Source: Escherichia phage vB_EcoM_Skers | Strand: one strand, 5' to 3' | Sequence record: MW748999.1 | Length of the DNA stretch: 64,000 nt | Part shown: positions 38,123 to 47,392 of the stretch, piece by piece | Layout: each line of letters opens with the position of its first letter | Position numbering within the stretch: position 1 is the first letter of the stretch | Made by a program: the position numbers and the translations under genes | Notes under the pieces: model-generated | Seen by the model: only the letters and a program-made list of their open reading frames with translations | What the model was told of the DNA's origin: nothing | Database searches by the model: none

Positions 38123-38617
38123 TTATTTTACCAGTTCTGCTAATTCTTTTTCTTTAGCTTCCAGTTCAGCTTTAAGCTGTTTAATCTCTTGTCGCTTCTT
38201 ATTAGCGGCTTCCTGCTTACTATTGCGGATAATCTGATCTAGATACAACTCCCAATCCTGAATATTTTTGATAATGTAGCCGTCAACATTAATTGGTCGG
38301 AGATTCAGTACAGCTTCCAGTTTAGTTGCAAAAACTTTAATTGCTGGTGTGAAGTATTCATACTCGTTATCTTCAAACCAATAACCTAGACTTGCATTAT
38401 CAATACGAAGACGAAGTTTAAGATCAAGGTCTTTATCGTCGGTGTAAAGATCTTTCACCTGACCCAGCGAACTAACAACAACTTTAAAACGAATTTTATC
38501 TACACCGCCAAAAACATCTTCAAGAATATCAGCAATTGAGCTATTAGCGCAAGATTGGTCGCTGAATGCGTCAAGGTTTTCTTTAGTTACAGTATACCAA
38601 ACATCTTGTACCCACAT
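38123..38617 (-). CDS. paralogue family member B1 (divergent domain + coiled-coil tail)
   Basis: 164 aa; WYTVTKENLDAF...IRFKVVV...; C-terminal EIKQLKAELEAKEKELAELVK coiled coil. Confidence 0.45.
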   Translation of the reverse strand: MWVQDVWYTVTKENLDAFSDQSCANSSIADILEDVFGGVDKIRFKVVVSSLGQVKDLYTDDKDLDLKLRLRIDNASLGYWFEDNEYEYFTPAIKVFATKLEAVLNLRPINVDGYIIKNIQDWELYLDQIIRNSKQEAANKKRQEIKQLKAELEAKEKELAELVK

Positions 38618-38647
38618 AATATAATCCTCTCGTTGTTAAGTGGGAGT

Positions 38648-38675
38648 ATTATAGCATACTCCCTTCGCATGTCAA
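38648..38675 (-). promoter_or_regulatory. promoter-hairpin cassette (TTGACA-16-TATAAT inside GGGAGTAT/ATACTCCC palindrome)
   Basis: -35 overlaps the stop codon of the upstream family gene. Confidence 0.45.
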
Positions 38676-39850
38676 GCACTAACTTTTTTCTTTACTGCTT
38701 TCACCTTCTGGCGAATTGCTCGAATCTCTTCGATCTCTTTTTCAGTCTCTTTAACAATTTCTTTGCGATTCTGAATATCTGTATCGAGATTATCATCAAG
38801 TTTAGGCAGCATGTCAATCAAGAACTTTTTAAAGTCTTTCAGGTTTCGAATAACAGCACCTTCGCCCATTACCGCAACACCCACACCATCCGGCAGATCA
38901 CCAAACAGCTTAACCAGTTCAGACAGATGATCATGATCTTCTAGTGCTTCTTCCGGTTCAGATGGCAGTTCAACAAAGTTATAACGTTCATCATTGCTGA
39001 TCAAGTGATACCAGCAAAGCCCGAAAGATTTCGGTGTATATTCTACACCATCAATTTCAACCGCGTCAACACTTCCATAATCATCTACTTTAGTTACCTT
39101 AAATCCTTGTCCCAGCTTTTGAACAATTTCAACAACATGACTTGATACAGTTTCAGCGGTAAACCAATATGGCAGATTATGCTGATTTGGCTTGTAGCGT
39201 TCACCGACTTTAAATCTCTGACCAGCAGCTTGCATAGCATGAAATTGTTGTTTCGTGATTTCCGCGAAGTATTCAAATTCGCTACAATCAAACACACAAG
39301 CCCATTGATCACAAAAACGATCTGCCTTAACAGTTTCACCTTTCGCGGTGATCATGGTAGCTGATCCGTGAGATTCTTCTTCAACTAAAAAGCCATATTC
39401 GACAAAATCAACAAGTTTCATGGCTTCTTTGTGCTCTGGATCATGCTCTCCCCAGAATCGCTTAAATTCTTGCAAACCTTCCGGGGTAAACGAATAGCAC
39501 TTACCTTTTTCAAAGTAAGTAGGCATTGCATCCTCTTTCTTGTTCATCGCTTCGTATGCCTCTTTTGAGATGCGTTTAAAGTATTTACGCTCATTGTTCA
39601 TAATCATAGTAGCCCAATAATCCACAATATCATTAGCGGAATAAACTACATCTCCAGCTTCAATAGTAATAACATGACCGTGGTCATCTTTTTCTAATAC
39701 TTTAAAGCCCTTTTCTACGATTTCAGCAACCCGAATATGACCACGGCGCGAAGCATCGGTCAGAATAATTGAATAGCGAGAAAAGTCTAGAAACTCATCT
39801 TTACCGCCTTCACGGAATGCATAGTAATGACCTTCAAAGAATTTAGCCAT
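38672..39850 (-). CDS. paralogue family member B2 (3 tandem domains + coiled-coil tail)
   Basis: 392 aa; three copies starting GHYYAFREG, GKCYSFTPEG, GERYKPNQ, each with GFKV and YF.x(I/L) elements; ends in coiled coil. Confidence 0.55.
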   Translation of the reverse strand: MAKFFEGHYYAFREGGKDEFLDFSRYSIILTDASRRGHIRVAEIVEKGFKVLEKDDHGHVITIEAGDVVYSANDIVDYWATMIMNNERKYFKRISKEAYEAMNKKEDAMPTYFEKGKCYSFTPEGLQEFKRFWGEHDPEHKEAMKLVDFVEYGFLVEEESHGSATMITAKGETVKADRFCDQWACVFDCSEFEYFAEITKQQFHAMQAAGQRFKVGERYKPNQHNLPYWFTAETVSSHVVEIVQKLGQGFKVTKVDDYGSVDAVEIDGVEYTPKSFGLCWYHLISNDERYNFVELPSEPEEALEDHDHLSELVKLFGDLPDGVGVAVMGEGAVIRNLKDFKKFLIDMLPKLDDNLDTDIQNRKEIVKETEKEIEEIRAIRQKVKAVKKKVSA

Positions 39851-39881
39851 AATATAATCCTCTCGTTGTTTAGATGGGAGT

Positions 39882-39910
39882 ATCTTACTACTCCCGTTTC
39901 ATCATGTCAA
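39882..39910 (-). promoter_or_regulatory. promoter-hairpin cassette (TTGACA-17-TAAGAT, GGGAGTA/TACTCCC palindrome)
   Basis: Same architecture as 38648-38675. Confidence 0.4.
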
Positions 39911-40491
39911 GCGTTAAATGACTTTTGGATCTCTTTCAGTTCAGCTACTTTATCGGCGCTATATTTTGCTTGATGTTCCATGCGCTTAAGCTCACCTTTG
40001 ATATAGGTTTCTAGCTTAGGTTTATTCTCAATCAGAAAATCTTTCAAGTCATCGGCATTTTTAAAGTATAGCTGATTATCAAAGCTAAAATCTTCCAGCG
40101 TCAATGATACCAAAGAAGACTTCGCAAACAAGTTAATCAGATCTTCCAGAGATTCTTCTTTCTTAACTGGTTTCATTTCTTCAAACTGCTTTTTAGTGAT
40201 GCGTTTAAAGTATTTGCGCTCGCTTGCATCAATCATGATTGACGCACCCTCATAATCATGAGTTTCTACCAAATACACTTTACCCATAACATTAACCGTA
40301 AGAACTTTAAAGCCCCTGTGAAGCACACCATACAGGAACTTGTTATGTTGTGGATAGCGTTTAACAAATTCCTCTGCGGACTCAGCATTACGGAAAGTGT
40401 AATAACGACCTCGTTCAAAAACAGCATCATTTGAAGACTTAGCCGGATACAATTTATACGTTTTCTGTACCATAGTATAATCCTCTATCAT
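39907..40491 (-). CDS. paralogue family member B3
   Basis: 194 aa; GRYYTFRNAESAEEF...GFKVLTV...ERKYFKRITK; tail LKDFLIENKP + coiled coil. Confidence 0.55.
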   Translation of the reverse strand: MIEDYTMVQKTYKLYPAKSSNDAVFERGRYYTFRNAESAEEFVKRYPQHNKFLYGVLHRGFKVLTVNVMGKVYLVETHDYEGASIMIDASERKYFKRITKKQFEEMKPVKKEESLEDLINLFAKSSLVSLTLEDFSFDNQLYFKNADDLKDFLIENKPKLETYIKGELKRMEHQAKYSADKVAELKEIQKSFNA

Positions 40492-40760
40492 TTCACTAAT
40501 TGAACAGCACGAAACAGAATGCGGTCACACGGAAGCAGCATAAATTCCCAACGCGGATCAAAGTCTTTAGCGGTGTATGTTTTCCCGTCAACCGAGATTT
40601 CACTTACATAACCAATGGGTGACACTTTAAGAACAGTAAATCCATTCTTGATGACTTCGTAGGTATCTTTCAAACCTTCGTAGTCATCCTCTAAGAAGTC
40701 TTTACGTGCTTGCTCAGATTTAAAAACATAGGCAACACCGGATTTAAACATCTTACGCAT
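40488..40760 (-). CDS. paralogue family member B4 (single domain, no tail); start at MRKMFKSG
   Basis: GVAYVFKSEQARKDF...GFTVLKV...ISVDGKTYT...RILFRAV; AGGAGAA SD; track ORF extends falsely to 40820. Confidence 0.5.
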   Translation of the reverse strand: MRKMFKSGVAYVFKSEQARKDFLEDDYEGLKDTYEVIKNGFTVLKVSPIGYVSEISVDGKTYTAKDFDPRWEFMLLPCDRILFRAVQLVK

Positions 40761-40791
40761 TGTTGATTCTCCTTCTTGATTAGATGGGAGT

Positions 40792-40820
40792 ATTTTACTA
40801 CTCCCATTTCTTATTGTCAA
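40792..40820 (-). promoter_or_regulatory. promoter-hairpin cassette (TTGACA-17-TAAAAT, GGGAGTA/TACTCCC palindrome)
   Basis: Located between gene 49 stop and B4 start. Confidence 0.4.
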
Positions 40821-40823
40821 CTA

Positions 40824-41297
40824 CTATCTTAATCTTTGTATAAATTGTTTCTTATACTTCTTCGTGATCTCTTCTCTTGTATCAGCGTCGCAGTAATCGA
40901 AACCTTCTGCGTCCATAATAGCAACCATCTCCGCGCGTGTCAAGCGTGAAAATCGTTTTACTTTATCAACAGCATATTGAGGATGTAAATGGTTGTTGGT
41001 GTAATCTCCTTTGATGTAATTAACATAGTTTGTAGCCCAAACAACGAAATCAGCACCTAAAGCACCAACACCAAACCGCTTAAAGTCTCCGGTCAACGAT
41101 CCTTCTAGGCGGTTGCAACACGAATGAAGCAATCCCCTTACGCGGCCTTGCCCTTTCCCATCTAGATCGTGGTCATGGTCAAGATGGTTTTTGCTCATAT
41201 CCTCAAAAAGTGGCAATTGACAAAGGGGGCAAATGCCCCCCTGTTTTTCGAATAGTTCTTGTTTGTACTCTTTAGCACTCTTAGCAGTCAGTAACAT
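40824..41297 (-). CDS. 49: endonuclease VII (Holliday-junction resolvase); start at MLLTAK
   Basis: CPLCQ...NHLDHDHDLDGKGQGRVRGLLHSCCN matches the T4 gp49 catalytic/zinc motif. Confidence 0.8.
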   Translation of the reverse strand: MLLTAKSAKEYKQELFEKQGGICPLCQLPLFEDMSKNHLDHDHDLDGKGQGRVRGLLHSCCNRLEGSLTGDFKRFGVGALGADFVVWATNYVNYIKGDYTNNHLHPQYAVDKVKRFSRLTRAEMVAIMDAEGFDYCDADTREEITKKYKKQFIQRLR

Positions 41298-41321
41298 AAA
41301 TTCACCCTCCAAAGAAGGTAT

Positions 41322-41615
41322 TTAACCATTAATCTTGTTTTTGACTACAAAGGATCGGAACTCATCAAAGCCACCAATATAATCACCATTATAGAAAATC
41401 TGCGGCATGGTGGCAATAACTTCTACCCCTGCGCGATCCTGAATGTCGACAATTATAGAATCAATCTTTACAGGGCGACCGTTTTCGTCTACACCATCAT
41501 TAACCGGAATGTATATATAAGGGATCTTACGCGATTCACAAAGGCGCTTTGCATTCTGGCAATACTTACAGTTGTAACCTTCAAAACCAAAAATTTCTAC
41601 CATGTTATACCTCAA
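41322..41615 (-). CDS. nrdC: thioredoxin/glutaredoxin-like redoxin
   Basis: CKYC redox motif and TMPQIF..G.YIGGFDEF as in T4 NrdC; start may be MVEIFG. Confidence 0.6.
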   Translation of the reverse strand: MRYNMVEIFGFEGYNCKYCQNAKRLCESRKIPYIYIPVNDGVDENGRPVKIDSIIVDIQDRAGVEVIATMPQIFYNGDYIGGFDEFRSFVVKNKING

Positions 41616-42424
41616 TCTACGTTAGTTACATAAACTTCTTGTGTATCAGAAGACTTGCCACCTGAACGATCTAGGCAATAGGTCTTATTCAACAGGACGC
41701 AGTTTAAATCATTCCGCTTGATAAAGTCAAGGAGATGATCATTTACCTTTCCCTTATGATGTGTGACATTACTGATACCAAACCGAAAACCACGCGCCAT
41801 AATAGATTCTACCCACTGATAGAATTTAATCTCTTCCTCGTCACTCCAGAACTTATTATATTCCGCAGAAGTGATAAGGTACGGAGGGTCCAAATAAACG
41901 AAATCACCTGGCAAGATCTCGATCTCGTCATAACGACCAGACGTAAAATTGATTCGACCGTCTTTGTTTTCTTCTTTAAAATTCAGGACACGCTCTACCG
42001 CGTTTTCGTTAAAAGTCCGGCGACCAAAATTAGCATTAAATTCTCCCTTCCGGTTATGACGGTTAATGTTGCTAAAACTATGCTGAATCAACACAAACAG
42101 CGATAGTGGATCTGGATTCTCGTTATACTTCTTACGGAATGCCATGTAAGCATCTTTATCATCACGAGACAAACCATTTTCGGAAATAATCCGCTTGATC
42201 GTAGAAACCGGATCAGGACACTCGTCAATCGCTTTGTAAGCATCAATTAAGCGGTGATCATAGTCATTAGCCAGCACATCACCTTCGACGTACAGAGACA
42301 CGCTCAAGCCGCCACAAAAGGCATCAACAAAGCGGTTATAATGCTTAGGGAAATACTTACTAACACCAGGCAATAACTTTTCCTTATTGCCCGTATAGGG
42401 AATTAAACCTAATGCTTTCTTCAT
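41612..42424 (-). CDS. dam: DNA adenine methyltransferase (GATC-type N6-adenine MTase)
   Basis: 270 aa; motif I FVDAFCGGLSVSL, motif IV DPPY; long colinear similarity to T4 Dam as recalled (PYTGNKEKLLP, GDFVYLDPPYLIT, YNKFWSDEEE). Confidence 0.85.
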   Translation of the reverse strand: MKKALGLIPYTGNKEKLLPGVSKYFPKHYNRFVDAFCGGLSVSLYVEGDVLANDYDHRLIDAYKAIDECPDPVSTIKRIISENGLSRDDKDAYMAFRKKYNENPDPLSLFVLIQHSFSNINRHNRKGEFNANFGRRTFNENAVERVLNFKEENKDGRINFTSGRYDEIEILPGDFVYLDPPYLITSAEYNKFWSDEEEIKFYQWVESIMARGFRFGISNVTHHKGKVNDHLLDFIKRNDLNCVLLNKTYCLDRSGGKSSDTQEVYVTNVD

Positions 42425-42858
42425 TATCCCTTCCTCAAATAAGTTCTTTCAATTTCTACCAGTTCGAAAAATTCTTCCCAACCACACGGAAAATTGCAGT
42501 TTCCAAAATGGTCTTCATTGTAAAGTTCTTTACCGGATGGCAACTTAATATCTGTTACAGTATACCAACCGCAACAATCGCAATCACCCTCAGCAACAGA
42601 AACCTTCGTAGGAATTTGCATCATTGCCAGATAGGTTGGCACGTCAGACTGTTCAAAGATCATGTAACCTTCATGGTCAAACGAGACAAAATTGTCATCA
42701 CCCAAAAAAGGAATGTAATGGTCATAATCGGTTACAGGTTGACCGTGTAATTCCCATTCTACAATATTAATCTTACCGCTAAAAGTGATACCCATCATAT
42801 CAACCATAAAATGGGTATCATCGATGTAAATCTTACTAGGAGTTGGATAAACCATCAT
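42424..42858 (-). CDS. hypothetical protein (nrdC.x-like cluster)
   Basis: 144-aa minus-strand ORF; no motif recognised. Confidence 0.4.
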   Translation of the reverse strand: MMVYPTPSKIYIDDTHFMVDMMGITFSGKINIVEWELHGQPVTDYDHYIPFLGDDNFVSFDHEGYMIFEQSDVPTYLAMMQIPTKVSVAEGDCDCCGWYTVTDIKLPSGKELYNEDHFGNCNFPCGWEEFFELVEIERTYLRKG

Positions 42859-42865
42859 ATAATCC

Positions 42866-43162
42866 TCATATCTCAGAGAATAGAATCTCTGTTAATCGTA
42901 CTGACTGCTCTCTGAATGTTAGCGTATACTCGAAAGGAAAGTCAACACCCAACTTCAAAAGAGAATAGCCTACCGACTCTTTATGCTTATCGGTTAGGGC
43001 GATCCTAACCAATTCCCGTTGAATCTCTTTAGGCGGTGAATGGATAGTAACACGGGTATCATGTAATGTCCAGTCACCATTTCGAATTAAGATTAACGGT
43101 TTATCATCATTGAAGATCACCGACCCCTTTCCGGTCGGTGAATGTTTTATATTAATCATCAA
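42866..43162 (-). CDS. hypothetical protein
   Basis: 98-aa minus-strand ORF. Confidence 0.35.
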   Translation of the reverse strand: MMINIKHSPTGKGSVIFNDDKPLILIRNGDWTLHDTRVTIHSPPKEIQRELVRIALTDKHKESVGYSLLKLGVDFPFEYTLTFREQSVRLTEILFSEI

Positions 43163-43373
43163 ATTCTAAGAAATATTCTGGAACGATATAACCGTTAAAG
43201 TCATTGCACTTATAAAAATGTGGTGCATTTAATGCTGGGTGAGCGTTTGTAAACCGCACGTCAGCCAGAAACAGAACGTAATTAATAGGTCTAATACCGA
43301 CAGAATCAGGGTCTAAACCTTTTTCTTTCAGTTCAGCCAGCGTTAAAACTCGTCCAGATCGTAACTTAGCCAT
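43152..43373 (-). CDS. hypothetical protein
   Basis: 73-aa minus-strand ORF. Confidence 0.35.
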   Translation of the reverse strand: MAKLRSGRVLTLAELKEKGLDPDSVGIRPINYVLFLADVRFTNAHPALNAPHFYKCNDFNGYIVPEYFLEFDD

Positions 43374-43659
43374 GATTTACCCCCAATTCATCAAGATTGT
43401 GTCGCAGCATTTCAGAGTATTTTTCTACTTCCTTGATCTTAGTGTGGATCTCCACGATCTCATCTTCACTATCAGAAAGTTTAATGGCAATTGCTAGCGT
43501 GCTTTTACCAGCTTTCATAGTCTCTTTACGTTCAACCAATAGATCCGCGTGTTTCAGTAGCAGTTCTTCACGTCGAACATAAGCAACAGTTAGAGCTTCA
43601 TCAGCGATTTCTAAAGCATTTTCAGCGACGCCAACAACCATTTTACGAGTAGACAGCAT
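43366..43659 (-). CDS. hypothetical protein
   Basis: 97-aa minus-strand ORF. Confidence 0.35.
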   Translation of the reverse strand: MLSTRKMVVGVAENALEIADEALTVAYVRREELLLKHADLLVERKETMKAGKSTLAIAIKLSDSEDEIVEIHTKIKEVEKYSEMLRHNLDELGVNHG

Positions 43660-43673
43660 AAATTCACCTCACA

Positions 43674-43982
43674 TTATTTCACGTTAACGCCGTCATCAAT
43701 CCAGCCGACGCTATTTGGTTTAACAGTTTTACCATAGGATGCATACTTAATCAAGCATGGTTTAACATCGTTATCAAATCTTCCTAAACGCACTCCAAAA
43801 TCAGGAATATCCATGTATGCGGCTTTATATCCCCATGTGCCATATTCAGAATCAATCTCAACCGGACGGCCTTTAAAAGCATACACTACACCTTGACGGT
43901 CAACGATAACATAGCAATAACCAGCCGGAAGATACACAGTTTCGCCGTAAACTTTAACTGGAGTAGCCGAAGAGATAAACAT
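43674..43982 (-). CDS. hypothetical protein
   Basis: 102-aa minus-strand ORF. Confidence 0.35.
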   Translation of the reverse strand: MFISSATPVKVYGETVYLPAGYCYVIVDRQGVVYAFKGRPVEIDSEYGTWGYKAAYMDIPDFGVRLGRFDNDVKPCLIKYASYGKTVKPNSVGWIDDGVNVK

Positions 43983-44051
43983 AATATAATCCTCACATCG
44001 TTCATTTGATGCGGCTATTATAGATTAACCGCATTTTCATGTCAACCGTTT

Positions 44052-44426
44052 TTAAAAATCTTCTTCCGGTTTATATCGACCGTCATCGACTGGTTTTGGA
44101 GTAAATCCTTTATGTTTGCGCTGCTTCGCTTCCGGTTTCCCCGCGATCGATAGTCCAAGCCATTTAAGAAGTTTGTATGAGTAAGCGATGATCACAACTA
44201 CCCACGTTAAAGGCCATACAATAGAACAAATGGCATATGCTCCAGTATCGACCTCTTTGGTGTCCTTATCGAATCTGGCATACAAGCAAATTATAAGATA
44301 GGTGATCATTGCACCAGTAGGCCAGATATAAAGAACATTAACAATATCTTGTGTTGTCACGTTATCCTCCTTACATGTCTTGCAGTGCATAAAAGCATTT
44401 TTCTTCGTAGTCATAGAAAATGTCAA
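44052..44426 (-). CDS. hypothetical membrane protein
   Basis: 124-aa ORF with two hydrophobic segments. Confidence 0.35.
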   Translation of the reverse strand: MTFSMTTKKNAFMHCKTCKEDNVTTQDIVNVLYIWPTGAMITYLIICLYARFDKDTKEVDTGAYAICSIVWPLTWVVVIIAYSYKLLKWLGLSIAGKPEAKQRKHKGFTPKPVDDGRYKPEEDF

Positions 44427-44649
44427 AGTATGCTTTTTCTACATACTCGCCATTGATCCAAGCGGCAGTAACAATCAGAGTGGTCCAGTTAGATCCGCTC
44501 TCAACCGTAAAGGTTTTAATACCCAGCTTCGCTGCTAAGTCGAACGCAAACCGGACGCAACCACGGCAGGAAGTGATATTGGAAGTTTTGATTTTAAAGC
44601 CACCGCGAGTTTTAGAAATTTCTACTTTAGCGAAAGACAGGTTGCTCAT
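44371..44649 (-). CDS. hypothetical protein
   Basis: 92-aa ORF; AGGAGAATCAAA SD. Confidence 0.4.
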   Translation of the reverse strand: MSNLSFAKVEISKTRGGFKIKTSNITSCRGCVRFAFDLAAKLGIKTFTVESGSNWTTLIVTAAWINGEYVEKAYFDIFYDYEEKCFYALQDM

Positions 44650-44691
44650 TTTGATTCTCCTTAAGAAAGTGTGTTTCGTTTTGATGTGTGT

Positions 44692-44720
44692 AGTATAGGG
44701 GATACGTGATCCCCTGTCAA
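44692..44720 (-). promoter_or_regulatory. promoter-hairpin cassette (TTGACA-17-TATACT, GGGGAT/ATCCCC palindrome)
   Basis: Minus-strand motifs upstream of ORF starting at 44649. Confidence 0.4.
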
Positions 44721-44728
44721 CAACTTTT

Positions 44729-45058
44729 TTATGATTTTAGTGAATTAACTACTACATCAAAATGATGTACAGAGTACACCTTATTAAACACATACTCATC
44801 GTGTTTAGGAATAGCGCCTAACCGCTTTATTTCGCTCGCTGACACGATAAACCGTTTATCCGGTGCATTTACCTTATATGCTTCAACAACGCACGGGAAA
44901 CGCGTTTCAGAGAGTTCTGGATAGTTTTCTGAATCCATCAGGACAATGAATACCCTGTTACATTGATTGTAGAATCCTGTTTTTGATTTCATCAAGTTTT
45001 CTTCTCTGTACAATTCGTGCAATCTTCCTTTCATGATTTCGTTGGTTCTTGTCTTCAC
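44729..45058 (-). CDS. hypothetical protein (start probably internal)
   Basis: Track ORF overlaps upstream ORF by 100 nt, so the true start is likely a later Met. Confidence 0.3.
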   Translation of the reverse strand: MKTRTNEIMKGRLHELYREENLMKSKTGFYNQCNRVFIVLMDSENYPELSETRFPCVVEAYKVNAPDKRFIVSASEIKRLGAIPKHDEYVFNKVYSVHHFDVVVNSLKS

Positions 45059-45299
45059 AGTTTACCCACTCAACAAGATCTTTACCTAACTCGAAAGCCC
45101 ATTCTCGGTCTTGCTTTACGTTTTGTAGGTATGGACTTTCTGACACTCTACGAAGTGATGTTGTCGTAACAAGAATGATCCCAGGAATGGTCGGATGTTC
45201 TTTTCCATATACAATAGGACGCGAGTCACTATCAATACCTTGTAAGAAGGTGTATCCTGAATCACTTAGAATCATATACATTTTCATTTCACACATCAC
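44958..45299 (-). CDS. hypothetical protein
   Basis: 113-aa minus-strand ORF. Confidence 0.35.
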   Translation of the reverse strand: MMCEMKMYMILSDSGYTFLQGIDSDSRPIVYGKEHPTIPGIILVTTTSLRRVSESPYLQNVKQDREWAFELGKDLVEWVNCEDKNQRNHERKIARIVQRRKLDEIKNRILQSM

Positions 45300-45553
45300 A
45301 GTTTCCTCAACCAGTTATTAAAGCGAGCAAACCATGACGCTTTTCGTGCTTCTTTTACTTTATGTGCACGAAAACCACTGAAACACCATTCATAATCATC
45401 ACTGAAACATGATTCAACAGGAACACCCGCATTTCGTAGTTCTCTGGTCTTTATCATGAATCCTTGACATAAGGGGCGACCTTCAACAATGATAGGAAGT
45501 TTAACTTTTTCCATGAAAGTATACCCAGCACGGTCAATAATTTCAATTTTCAT
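45296..45553 (-). CDS. hypothetical protein
   Basis: 85-aa minus-strand ORF, ATGA overlap. Confidence 0.35.
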   Translation of the reverse strand: MKIEIIDRAGYTFMEKVKLPIIVEGRPLCQGFMIKTRELRNAGVPVESCFSDDYEWCFSGFRAHKVKEARKASWFARFNNWLRKL

Positions 45554-45798
45554 TTTACATTATCTCCATAGATCTTTCCATCAATATCAATTTCACCAGC
45601 GCGAACATCTAGGATAAGATGCGGTAGGTGAATGCAGTTTTCCCACCCTACGCGCTTCATTTCTGAAACAGTGACGTAAGCCCATCCGTTCGCTGTAATA
45701 AAGTCTACTTCAACCTTGAGAGGAAAGCAAGACTTTTCTATGTTTTCAAATCCGATAATGTGTTTTGTCGTTGAATATGGAATATATCCGGTGATCAT
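45550..45798 (-). CDS. hypothetical protein
   Basis: 82-aa minus-strand ORF, ATGA overlap. Confidence 0.35.
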   Translation of the reverse strand: MITGYIPYSTTKHIIGFENIEKSCFPLKVEVDFITANGWAYVTVSEMKRVGWENCIHLPHLILDVRAGEIDIDGKIYGDNVK

Positions 45799-46301
45799 TT
45801 TGTGATCTCCTTATACTCAACACACCATAAGCGGGTAGCCCATGATAAACGCTCATAACGCTGGCAGAAATCGGACCATAGATATTGTGTACCGTCTTGC
45901 ATGGTTGAAATATGCGTTTTCTCACCTACTTTCACGAAAGAAGTATTCGATTTTGTGATCTCGACCGGAGTATATCCGAAAGCTGGTTCCAAGCCAACAT
46001 CTGAACTAAATGACAATTTAACAGAATTTGTTTTTCTGACCGCTGTCCGGTTTCCTTCTGGGTATAGCACAGCAGGTTTAGCGCCTAAGCGGATAAACTC
46101 AGTATTTTTAATGAACAGAATATCATGATAACCGTCATATTCCGACACTTCCATAGTAACAGGAAAATCGACATGTTTTAAACCTGGTAGATCTCGCATA
46201 TCATGAAATGTAGCCATCAACTTTTTCATATTGTATTCCTCACTCTTCTGTTTCATTTCTTTTATATGGTACGATAACAGGATTAATACAGCAAGCACCA
46301 A
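45795..46301 (-). CDS. hypothetical protein (start probably internal Met)
   Basis: 168-aa track ORF overlapping neighbour. Confidence 0.35.
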   Translation of the reverse strand: MVLAVLILLSYHIKEMKQKSEEYNMKKLMATFHDMRDLPGLKHVDFPVTMEVSEYDGYHDILFIKNTEFIRLGAKPAVLYPEGNRTAVRKTNSVKLSFSSDVGLEPAFGYTPVEITKSNTSFVKVGEKTHISTMQDGTQYLWSDFCQRYERLSWATRLWCVEYKEITK

Positions 46302-46476
46302 TTACGTTATGAGCACCACAATTTAAGCATTTATAGTCATGGAACTTATTAAGGAATCGACCAAACTCATAACCGACTAGCGCCGCATGTACTTGAGTCT
46401 CGATCTCATCCATATCAGCCAATGTTTTAACATTCATAGTATAATCCTCAAATGGTAGTTTTGCGAAGATGGTCAT
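46240..46476 (-). CDS. hypothetical small Cys-containing protein
   Basis: 78-aa ORF with CLNCG...GACC. Confidence 0.3.
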   Translation of the reverse strand: MTIFAKLPFEDYTMNVKTLADMDEIETQVHAALVGYEFGRFLNKFHDYKCLNCGAHNVIGACCINPVIVPYKRNETEE

Positions 46477-46738
46477 TACACGCTTTTAATGCATCAGTCG
46501 CGGTGTCATAGCGAGTATTATCATAGCACCAATAACCATCTGTCAACTGATAAATTAATCCATCCTTTTTAGCTTCGATGAAAGACAATTCTTTGAATGT
46601 TTCTACTTTCTTTGCTGATACTCCACGGTCACGGCGTTTATAGAGTTTAGCTAAAATGCGTTCAGCTTGTTCCTCTTTATCACCAGACAGATCCCAGATG
46701 ATGTTTCGGATATGCTTGATTAATTGTTTAGTGGTCAT
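46448..46738 (-). CDS. hypothetical protein
   Basis: 96-aa ORF downstream of promoter cassette. Confidence 0.4.
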   Translation of the reverse strand: MTTKQLIKHIRNIIWDLSGDKEEQAERILAKLYKRRDRGVSAKKVETFKELSFIEAKKDGLIYQLTDGYWCYDNTRYDTATDALKACNDHLRKTTI

Positions 46739-46767
46739 CTTTGATTCTCCTTAGTTGGTATGGTTAC

Positions 46768-46795
46768 ATTATACGGGGATTTCTCCCCGTGTCAA
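46768..46795 (-). promoter_or_regulatory. promoter-hairpin cassette (TTGACA-16-TATAAT, GGGGA/TCCCC palindrome)
   Basis: Minus-strand motifs upstream of ORF starting at 46738. Confidence 0.45.
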
Positions 46796-46798
46796 CAA

Positions 46799-47020
46799 TT
46801 AAATGATCTCTGCTTCACCGTTAAGGAAGAAAGACCATGTTTTGTTAGGATAGCGAAGCGCCCATGATTCAGCAGTTTTAACACCAGCTTCGAACAATTG
46901 ACGGCTGGTTACTTTAGCCATACCATCTTCGATGGCAACGTTTTCAATAATCATCGGGTACTTAGCGCCACGCATGAAACCGAAGCCAGCGGAAGATTTG
47001 ATAATTTTAACAGTTGCCAT
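46799..47020 (-). CDS. hypothetical protein
   Basis: 73-aa minus-strand ORF. Confidence 0.4.
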   Translation of the reverse strand: MATVKIIKSSAGFGFMRGAKYPMIIENVAIEDGMAKVTSRQLFEAGVKTAESWALRYPNKTWSFFLNGEAEII

Positions 47021-47060
47021 TTTTTGATTCTCCTAGAAAGTGTCGTGTTTCGATGGGTGT

Positions 47061-47089
47061 ATTATGCAATAACACCGGATCGCTGTCAA
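47061..47089 (-). promoter_or_regulatory. promoter cassette (TTGACA-17-CATAAT)
   Basis: Minus-strand motifs upstream of ORF starting at 47020. Confidence 0.4.
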
Positions 47090-47107
47090 CACTTTCTAAG
47101 AAAAAAT

Positions 47108-47392
47108 TTAAACTAATCGAATATAACCAAGAATTTCAGCGCCTTTAGCCAGTCCTAAAACTTCCCATTCAAGGTCGCCGTAGTCATAATTTGCAACCAT
47201 CAACTGATCATTTTTCATGCAGCAATCATGAGAGAAAATTTGCCCCGCATAAACTACGATAGTAATAAACTTTCCTGATTCTGGCGGTGTGGAAGACAAA
47301 GCGACCATATGACCATTCAGCTTAGTCACCAGTGATGGAACAATAAAATTCGGGCTTACCTGAATCCCTTTCAATTCGTTAATATCTTTCAT
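47108..47392 (-). CDS. hypothetical protein
   Basis: 94-aa minus-strand ORF. Confidence 0.35.
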   Translation of the reverse strand: MKDINELKGIQVSPNFIVPSLVTKLNGHMVALSSTPPESGKFITIVVYAGQIFSHDCCMKNDQLMVANYDYGDLEWEVLGLAKGAEILGYIRLV

